Assembly: GCF_006345805.1 (NCBI RefSeq)
Contig: NW_021827258.1
Span: forward strand, 1-10,855
Origin: Octopus sinensis
Taxonomy: Eukaryota
Length of the DNA: 10,855 bases
Direction of reading: 5' to 3'
Below are positions 1-7,126 of this stretch, piece after piece. Every line of letters starts with the position of its first letter. Position 1 is the stretch's first letter. Made by a program: the position numbers and the translations under genes. A model generated the notes under the pieces. That model saw only the letters and a list, made by a program, of their open reading frames with translations, was not told where the DNA came from and searched no databases.

Positions 1-107
1 ATAAGGGTTCCGGAGATGCCAACCTTCTGGACACTTCCTCTCAGCCGTTATTTTGTAGATATAAATCTGATCCCTTGGTAAGCACACACCAATCTTTGCC
101 ATTTACA

Positions 108-647
108 TCTATATATATAAAGCTGTAGTTATATATATATGTATATATATAAAAGTCAAATTGTGTGTCTGTCCCCTTCGATTTAGATTCCTAACTACTC
201 CCACATTTTGCGGTGCAGTTTAACCAAATTCGGGTATCTTATAGTCGTGATTCATATCGAGCCCGTCTGGCTATTAGCGCGCGTCTACGATGAGTCTACG
301 ATTTTAAAAATAATTTAACATCATTTTTTATTCCATTTTAATGCATAATTTTCGTGTGTCAATGGCGGCGGAGTTGGCGTCCATGGTCACAGCTGCACCT
401 GTTTGCTTCTCCCCCTTCTTCCCTCCCTCGTGAAGCTGTGGGGAAGGGAGTGTAAGGAAATCAACGTCGTAAAGCGTTGTCAAGGAGACCAGCGTTCTTT
501 TAGAACAACGACTTCATGGCTTGAAGACACCAAAACAGAAATGGCTAAGAAAGCCCGAATTGGCATCTATAAGGGAAGTAACTCTCTAAAAATGCTTATA
601 TAGTTATTTCCCTTACAAACCCGAGCAACGCCGGGCGATACTGCTAG
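108..647 (+). mobile_element. Non-autonomous Helitron, copy 1
   Basis: 5' TC preceded by host A (107). 3' hairpin CCCGAGC-AAC-GCCGGG (620-635), then CTAG (644-647) followed by host T. No TSD. Homologous to 4471-4867. Confidence 0.85.
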
Positions 648-909
648 TTCTAGATAAAAGAATGTCGATCAAACTGGACGATCGGTTCTGGATCAGCTTT
701 GTTTGGTAAGTAAACTCATTCTGCCTTGCACCAGTCATTAACCAGACCCCCTTTATACTCCAGCTCTCAACGTGGGCGGAAAAGCTTATACCATAACTGA
801 GTACAATACTCGTACACGTTGTATGGCACAGCATCAGCCCCTGTTTTACTCTCTTCGTACTTGCCCTCTTCATAAAACAATTTACTTCTTTCTTACTGAA
901 ATCACCAAG
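648..909 (-). pseudogene. Exon LGDFSKKEVNCFMKRAST...SLIDILLSR, interrupted by a Helitron at 647
   Basis: Acceptor ctatttcag at 910-912. The 104-bp GT-AG intron 910-1013 joins the two supplied ORFs (990..1244 and 613..873) exactly in frame. 87 codons with no stop. Confidence 0.7.
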
Positions 910-1410
910 CTGAAATAGTTGATCCTTAGTTTTCTGGGTGTTTCAAACCATCCACAAGTCTGGGAAGCGATAGAAGACACAAAGGAAAATTAAAAGGGAT
1001 TTGAATGTCTTACGGCTTGACCTGGTTTTTGGCCTTCTACCATGCAGTAGATGTCTCCAGTCAATTGATGATGGACGCAATGAACTTCTTTTATATATGA
1101 GAGAAGATTAAGGATCTGATGAGGAGCTGCTATAACAATTTCAATATGAAGTTTGTGACAAAATATTTCACAAAAGATTGTCATCGTCTTGAAATCGGAA
1201 TTTCTGTAGATTGCACGAAACAGTTGATCCCGCTTTAGGGTCATTGTAGGTGTTATCTATATGCTTGTTCAGCTCACTTTCAGTACATTTCTACCTGCTG
1301 CCCTTAGCATCTGCAAACAGGCTCCTAGTAACCTGTAGAGGTTCTTAAGGAGCTACACTCCAATCTTTTTTCTCTTTCGTCTTTCGAAGCATCTGATATT
1401 TCTTTGTATA

Positions 1411-1775
1411 CTCTTACTCTTTTACTTGTTTCAGTCATTTGACTGCGGCCATACTGGAGCACTGCATTTAGTCGAGCAAATCGACCCCGGGACTTATTCT
1501 TTGCAAGCCCAGTACTTATTCTATCGGTCTCTTTTGCCGAACCGCTAAGTGACGGGGACGTAAACACACCAGCATCGGTTGTCAAGCAATGCTAGGGGGA
1601 CAAACACAGACACACAAACATATACACAAAATACACATATATATATACATATATACGACAGGCTTCTTTCAGTTTCCGTCTACCAAATCACTCACAAGGC
1701 ATTGGTCAGCCGGGGGGCTATAGTAGAAGACACTTGCCCAAGATGCCACGCAGTGGGACTGAACCTGGAACCATA
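1411..1775 (-). mobile_element. SINE family A (tRNA-derived, CORE-like central motif, internal (CA)/(TA) microsatellite), 5'-truncated
   Basis: Reverse-complement match to 3815-4230 but lacking the A-box end. Possible 6-bp TSD tgtata (1405-1410 and 1776-1781). Confidence 0.85.
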
Positions 1776-2086
1776 TGTATAAGTTAAAGGGGAGCGTTTA
1801 ATATTCTTGTAGACATCACAAACTTTCTATTGCTTTAGGCATAATAAATTGCACCCAGGATAATCTATGAAGTGGCTGGTGTTAGGGGGCGCATACCACC
1901 TTAGAAACGCTGGAATGTTTAAGTGAGACATGTTCCTCAACCAATGTGGGTGGGTGGGTGGTAACTTTAATTAAAAACTGATTTGGACACTGACGAACCA
2001 TCCAATGCATAGCGGCTTGAAAAATCAGACGATAAATTATGAGGACATCATTTAATGCATTATATCTTGCAAAACGTATTTATCTT

Positions 2087-2246
2087 GTGGAGGTGCAATG
2101 GCCCAGTGATTAGGGCAGTGGACTTGCGGTTGGAGGATCGCGGTTTCGATTCCCAGACCGGGCGTTGTGTGCGTTTATTGAGCGAGAACACCTAAAACTC
2201 CACGAGGCTCCGGCAGAGTGTGGTGGTGACCCCTGTTAGACTCTTT
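2087..2246 (+). mobile_element. SINE family B (tRNA-derived), 5' half only
   Basis: A-box TGGCCCAGTGA and B-box GGTTTCGATTCC; matches the first ~160 bp of 3189-3570. Confidence 0.85.
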
Positions 2247-2248
2247 TA

Positions 2249-2407
2249 CGGAGTGGTTGGCGTTAGGAAGGGCATCCAGCCGTAGAAACACTGCCAGATT
2301 TGACTGGGCCTGATGAAGTCTTCTGGCTTCACAGACCCCAGTAGAACCGTCCAACCCATGCTAGCATGGAAAGCAGACGCTAAACGATGATGATGATGAT
2401 GATGATG
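2249..2407 (+). mobile_element. 3' part of an RTE-tailed non-autonomous retroposon, ending in (GAT)n
   Basis: Homologous to the reverse complement of 9919-10070. Contains ggcgttaggaagggcatcc and ends aaacgatgatgatg. The RTE assignment is from recall of RTE/Expander-type termini. Confidence 0.72.
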
Positions 2408-2417
2408 AAAGGGTGAT

Positions 2418-2460
2418 AGAGAGAAAGAGAGAGAGTGTGTGAGAGAGAGTGTGTGTGTGA
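2418..2460. repeat. (GA)n/(GT)n compound microsatellite
   Basis: gagagaaagagagagagtgtgtgagagagagtgtgtgtgtg seen directly. Confidence 0.85.
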
Positions 2461-2657
2461 CAATGGTTGGCCAAGAATGAAACCAAAGTCCTTTTTAGTA
2501 GATAAAATGATAGATTTACTATCAGTGATAGGGTGGTCATCACTTGACAACACTGTTTTTCTCTTGGTTTTGCCTTTTGTTTTTTATATCTAGGTAAGAG
2601 GTCAGAAGTCAGATCTATTATATGGTATTTTTATGTCATCCCTTTCATTGTAATTCT

Positions 2658-2700
2658 GTGGAGGCGCAATGGCCCAGTGGTTAGGGCAGCGGACTCGCGG
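2658..2700 (+). mobile_element. SINE family B head fragment (A-box only)
   Basis: gtggaggcgcaatggcccagtggttagggcagcggactcgcgg matches the starts of 2087 and 3189. Confidence 0.8.
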
Positions 2701-2837
2701 CCAATTCCACTCACAAGGCTTTGGTCGGCCCGAGGCTATAGTAGAAGACACTTGCCCAAGATGCCACGCAGTGGGACTGAACCCGGAACCATGTGGTTGG
2801 TAAGCTAGCTACTTACCACACAGCCACTCCTGCACCT
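2701..2837 (-). mobile_element. SINE family A, 5' fragment (tRNA head plus CORE-like part)
   Basis: Reverse-complement match to ~3815-3952. Confidence 0.85.
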
Positions 2838-3045
2838 ATAGATTGTTGGATAAAATCCATAGTTTCAATTGGTCATCTTTGAGAATGGATTCAGAAGAAG
2901 TTCTGATAGGACCCGACGAAGGAGATTCCTAAAGAATCTACCCCAGCAACCCTTCTATGAATAAAGGACAGAGAAAATGGATGGCTGGATCAAATCGTGT
3001 AACTGTTGGTCTCTATTGATTCTTTAGGCTCTCATACACTCTTAC

Positions 3046-3110
3046 CCACAGAAAAACTCTTCTCCTTCCTGCGTTTACCAGAAATTTTCTCGTGTAACTT
3101 TCAATTAATT
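3046..3110 (-). pseudogene. Candidate small exon (65 bp), possibly a 66-bp phase 1-1 exon with a 1-bp deletion (ELIESYTR/KISGKRRKEKSFSV)
   Basis: Strong donor GTGG/gtaaga and acceptor ttttttaag. The length breaks phase-1 symmetry by one base at an A-run. Confidence 0.35.
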
Positions 3111-3188
3111 CTTAAAAAATTTTTTTCTCCATTTCCATCATTTATTTCAACGGGTTTTTTTTTGTGTCAACATCATTAGAAAAAGAGA

Positions 3189-3570
3189 GTGGAGGCACAA
3201 TGGCCCAGTGGTTAGGGCAGCAGACTCGCGGTCGTAGGATCGCGGTTTCGATTCCCAGACCGAGCGTTGTGAGTGTTTATTGAGCGAAAACACCTAAAGC
3301 TCCACGACGCTCCGGCAGGGGATGGTGGCGATCCCTGCTGTACTCTTTCACCACAACTTTCTCTCACTCTTACTTCCTGTTTCTGTTGTACCTGTATTTC
3401 AAAGGGCCGGCCTTGTCACTCTCTGTGTCATGCTGAATATCCCCGAGAACTACGTTAAGGGTACACGTGTCTGTGGAGTGCTCAGCCACTTACACGTTAA
3501 TTTCACGAGCAGGCTGTTCCGTTGATTCGGATCAACCAGAACCCTCATCATCGTAACCGACGGAGTGCTT
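3189..3570 (+). mobile_element. SINE family B, apparently full length
   Basis: tRNA-like head with A-box TGGCCCAGTGG and B-box GGTTTCGATTCC plus a ~300-bp body. Resembles the octopus tRNA-Arg-derived (OR-type) SINEs as recalled; not verified. Confidence 0.8.
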
Positions 3571-3814
3571 CTACCAACTTATGAGAGACATCTGCTTAAA
3601 AAACAACAATAACAATTCTTCAATAAACAATAAAAATGTGAAACAAACACAACCATAATTAACTCACCTGTTTACACTTAAACAACATCATTAGTTTCTT
3701 GATCAAAAGACAAAATTAACTCTACTGATTCTTCTAATTTAAACATTATTACCAACAACAAAGATATCGATTTACCTTTCAGTAAACTGATATATTTAAT
3801 AAAAATATTTATAC

Positions 3815-4230
3815 AGGCGCAGGAGTGGCTGTGTGGTAAGTAGCTTGCTTACCAATCACATGGTTCCGGGTTCAGTCCCACTGCGTGGTATCTTGGGCAA
3901 GTGTCTTCTACTATAGCCCCGGGCCGACCAAAGCCTTGTGAGTGGATTTGGTAGACGGAAACTGAAAGAAGCCTGTCGTATATATGTATATATATATGTA
4001 TGTGTGTGTGTGTTTGTGTGTCTGTGTTTGTCCTCCTAGCATTGCTTGACAACCGATGCTGGTGTGTTTACGTCGCCGTCACTTAGCGGTTCGGCAAAAG
4101 AGACCGATAGAATAAGTACTGGGCTTACAAAGAATAAGTCCCGGGGTCGATTTGCTCGAATAAAGGCACTGCTCCAGCATGGCCGCAGTCAAATGACTGA
4201 AACAAGTAAAAGAGTAAAAGAGTAAGAGTA
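3815..4230 (+). mobile_element. SINE family A, full length
   Basis: A-box TGGCTGTGTGG, B-box GGTTCAGTCCC, CORE-like TCTTGGGCAAGT, internal (TA)/(TG) microsatellite (~3979-4020) and 3' tail (AAAAGAGT)n. Confidence 0.9.
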
Positions 4231-4347
4231 TCTTAATCTTTCCATTGGAAAGAATATAACCTGTTTTAAGTTATTCTTTCAAACACAATATTCCCAGGTG
4301 AAGCAAACCTTATAGAAATCAATTAGGAACTGTTATTTTATACTCAC

Positions 4348-4419
4348 CACCTTGCTGGGATGTAGACTGCGATGACAGGGGATCAGTTTGCACACCCTTG
4401 TCCTCAAACATTTGAGACA
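4348..4419 (-). CDS. Small linker exon (72 bp, phase 1-1): SQMFEDKGVQTDPLSSQSTSQQG
   Basis: Acceptor atattttttttcag-type poly-T tract, donor GGTG/gtgagta, open frame, symmetric phase. Confidence 0.68.
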
Positions 4420-4470
4420 CTGAAAAAAATATTTCCAAGTTTAATAGTATTTAATAGTATTTATTATTAA

Positions 4471-4867
4471 TCTTTATATATAAAACTGTAGTTGTGTGAG
4501 TGTCTGTCCCCTTCGATTTAGATTCCTAACTACTCCCACATTTTGCGGTGCAGTTTAACCAAAACCGGGTATCTTATAGTCGTGATTCATATCAAGCCCT
4601 TTGGGTATTAGCGCGCATCTACAATGAGTCTACGATTTTAAAAATTATTTACCATCATTTTTTTCCATTTTAAGGCATATTTTTTAAAATATACGGGAAA
4701 TAACTCTCTAAAAATGTCTACGATGAGTCAACGATTTAAAAAAAAATTTACCATAATTTTTTTTCCATTTTTAATGCATTTTTTGCTATTTTTGGGCTAT
4801 AACTCTCTAAAAATGCTTTATAGTTATTTCCCTTACAAACCCGAGCAACGCCGGGCGATACTGCTAG
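4471..4867 (+). mobile_element. Non-autonomous Helitron, copy 2
   Basis: A/TC start, identical 3' hairpin (4840-4855) and CTAG/T end. The empty site is preserved in the paralogous intron at ~7016-7040. Confidence 0.88.
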
Positions 4868-5256
4868 TAATCTATATTTTATTATTGTGAGACATTTCCA
4901 TCATCAATGGTCAACTGGTGACCCAAATTCTTTTGGTCATCATTTTTATGCTTTCGATCGCGGTCACATTAACAGCGCAAAATTTAGATCGACAACGAAA
5001 TAGACAAACGTTCCTGAATCTTCGCTCTTTATCGATAATACGCTTTTACTTGTTTCGGTTATTTGACTGTGGCCATGCTGCAGCATCGCCTTTAGTCGAG
5101 CAAATCGACCCCAGAGCTTATTTGTAAGCTTAGTACTTATTCTATCAGTCTCTTTTGCCGAACCGCTAAGTTACAGGGACACAAACACACCAGCATCGTT
5201 TGTCAAGCGATGTTGGTGGACAAACACAGACACACAAACATACACACACACACACA

Positions 5257-5287
<31 letters not shown>

Positions 5288-5316
5288 TCACACATATATA
5301 TATATATATATATATA

Positions 5317-5501
5317 ATTTTAATCCAAACAAGAAAGCACAAAAAAACACAACAACGCGAGGACGTGGAACAAATATAGTATTATTGGACGCTCAGGAAA
5401 GAAGGAGGGCTTAACATTTCGAGCGGAGCTCTTCGTCAGAAACATAGGAGAAGGAAAGAAGGGAAGACAGGAAAAAAAATCGCCAACGGTACACACGAGG
5501 T
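5317..5501 (-). mobile_element. Unrelated 185-bp insertion in the SINE microsatellite; probable Penelope-like element terminal fragment
   Basis: Absent from the other family A copies. Carries a hammerhead-like core (next feature); minimal type I hammerheads are known from Penelope-like element LTRs. Confidence 0.5.
5409..5443 (-). ncRNA. Minimal type I hammerhead ribozyme-like motif
   Basis: Minus strand reads GUUU-CUGACGA-A-GAGC(UCC)GCUC-GAAA-UG-UU-AAGC: both conserved core boxes, a 4-bp stem II, stem I GUUU/AAGC (one G-U pair) and a vestigial stem III. Confidence 0.55.
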
Positions 5502-5643
5502 CGGGCTTCTTTCCGTCTCCGTCTACCAAATCCACTCATAAGGCTTTGGTCGGCCCGAGGCTATAGTAGAAGACACTTGCCCAAGGTGCCACTCAGTGGG
5601 ACTGAACCCGGAACCATGTGGTTCGTAAGCAAACTACTTACCA

Positions 5644-5868
5644 ATTTCTTTACTACGCACAAGGTGCTAAACACAGAGGACAAACAAGGACAGACAAACG
5701 GATTAAGTCGATTATATCTTCCCCAGTGCGTAACTGGTACTTATTTAATCGACCCTGAAAGGATGAAAGGCAAAGTCGACCTCGAAGGAATTTGAACTCA
5801 GAGCGTAGCGGCAGACAAGATACCGCTAAGCATTTCGCCCGGTGTGCTAACGTTTCTGCCAGCTCGCC
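5644..5868 (-). mobile_element. SINE family C (tRNA-derived)
   Basis: Minus strand has A-box-like TGGCAGAAACG and B-box GAGTTCAAATTCC. Central GAGGTCGACTTTGCCTTTCATCCTTTCAGGGTCGAT resembles a conserved metazoan SINE central domain (recall). A-rich 3' end. Confidence 0.75.
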
Positions 5869-6165
5869 GCTGGCAACATGTTGCAACAAATGTCTGGATA
5901 GCTAGCAGCAACAGCAACAACATCAATGATTTATCGGAAAACTTAGTCAGGAAATTAGGAGGAAAAAGAAACAAAATCTTCATCTTCAACTTACACGAAA
6001 AACAAAACATTTTTTAGTTCCGTTCTAAAAGATAATATCAACTCTATTGTATTTTCTAATTTATCCATTTTACAAACCATGCTAGACTCGATGTTATGAA
6101 TTTTCAGTAATATCTTTAATACAATTATAAATCTCTGAACGAGATGTAAACACTAACCGCTCGGC

Positions 6166-6493
6166 AACGCAAAGTATACTAGCCATATCAATATGGCTAA
6201 CCACTAAGGGTGGGTGTTACTGTAGCTTTTAACCCCAGGAGATCATCGTCTCCAGCTGGCTTTAGGCACACTTTCTGTGCCCTTATGGTATTTGCAAAGG
6301 GAGGTCATCCCTCTCTCGTAAACCTAAGTGATACGCACGGACTGCAGTTTCTAGGTATTTGCCTGTCTTCGGCGTACGGCACAGAAAGTGTGCCTAAAGC
6401 CAGCTGGAGACGATGATATCCTGGGGCTACAAGCTACAGTAACACCCACCCTTAGTGGTTAGCCATATTGAGATGGCTAGTATACTTTACGTT
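6166..6493. mobile_element. MITE-like element with ~116-bp terminal inverted repeats
   Basis: 6166-6281 is a near-perfect reverse complement of 6378-6493, around a 96-bp unique core. No clear TSD. Confidence 0.75.
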
Positions 6494-6504
6494 TAATACA
6501 ATTA

Positions 6505-6800
6505 CTTTTGCCGAACCGCTAAGTGACGGGGACATAAACACACCAGCATCGGTTGTCAAGCAATGCTAGGGGGACAAACACAGACACACAAACATATACT
6601 CACACACTTATATATATATATACATATATACAACGGGCTTCTTTCAGTTTCCATTTACCAAATCCAAATCCACTCACAAGGCTTTGGTCGGCCCGGGGCT
6701 ATAGTAGAAGACATTTGCCCAAGGTGCCTCGCAGTGGGACTGAACCCGGAACCATGTGGTTGGTAAGCTAGCTACTTACCACACAGCCACTCCTGCGCCT
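6505..6800 (-). mobile_element. SINE family A lacking its 3' ~110 bp
   Basis: Reverse-complement match to ~3815-4100; intact A- and B-box head. Confidence 0.87.
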
Positions 6801-6913
6801 AATGTATATATTTTTTCGAATGCAGCCAGACTTTTCACACAGAAACCGGGAAACCACCCCTATACGCCGTATGAAATAATGTTGACTAACATAATTAGTT
6901 ATTTTATACTTAC

Positions 6914-6964
6914 CCACTGAGTCTGCCAACACCTGGACTTCCCTCTTCGATGACTGCCGACCAA
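6914..6964 (-). CDS. Small linker exon (51 bp, phase 1-1): GRQSSKREVQVLADSV
   Basis: Acceptor atgtatttttcag, donor GTGG/gtaagta, open frame, symmetric phase. Confidence 0.65.
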
Positions 6965-7126
6965 CTGAAAAATACATTTCCAAATTTAAGACTTTGTAGT
7001 AAAGTTTCTTTCTCCTTATTAATGATCTATATTTTATTGTTATGAAGGAGTATTCGTCAATTGGTGACCAATAGACTTTTGGACAACATTTTCATAATTT
7101 CTACAGCGAGTAATGTTTCAATATTT

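Larger units (their letters stand above)
1014..2954 (-). pseudogene. Probable large decayed exon, fragmented by retroposons (host pieces 2838-2954, ~2461-2657, ~1776-2086, 1014-1410)
   Basis: Strong acceptor ttttctctgtcctttattcatag at 2955 and donor GCC/gtaaga at 1013. The 3' piece reads LKRDQLFRAIYRNSDFKTMTIFCEIFCHKLHIEIVIAAPHQILNLLSYIKEVHCVHHQLTGDIYCMVEGQKPGQA. Other pieces give protein-like open stretches broken by stops. An alternative acceptor at 1311 (tgtttgcag) would give a shorter exon, 1014-1310. Confidence 0.45.
5043..5643 (-). mobile_element. SINE family A with an expanded microsatellite (5231-5316) and a nested insertion (5317-5501); head truncated by SINE C
   Basis: 5043-5230 and 5502-5643 match the two halves of 3815-4230 in reverse complement. 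Confidence 0.85.

Noticed and set aside
403-603. ORF MLLPLLPS... as a gene or Rep/helicase fragment
   Set aside because: It lies inside the non-autonomous Helitron and shows no HUH or helicase motif.
2310-2335. Second hammerhead candidate (CTGATGA-AGTC...GGCT)
   Set aside because: No GAAA box follows the putative stem II. CTGATGA at ~1116 and ~10690 likewise lack stems.
3189-3265. tRNA gene calls for the SINE heads (also 2087, 3815, 5800-5868)
   Set aside because: A and B boxes are present, but there is no convincing cloverleaf or acceptor stem, and each continues into a shared SINE body.
6210-6416. ORF inside the MITE-like element as a transposase
   Set aside because: Only 68 aa, mostly TIR-derived, with no DDE-like motif.
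1579-6771. Recurrent ORFs beginning MSSNARG/RTNTDTQT (1579..1782, 3849..4052, 6553..6771, 6563..6766, 5577..5795)
   Set aside because: They are antisense translations of SINE family A and its microsatellite, not a gene family.
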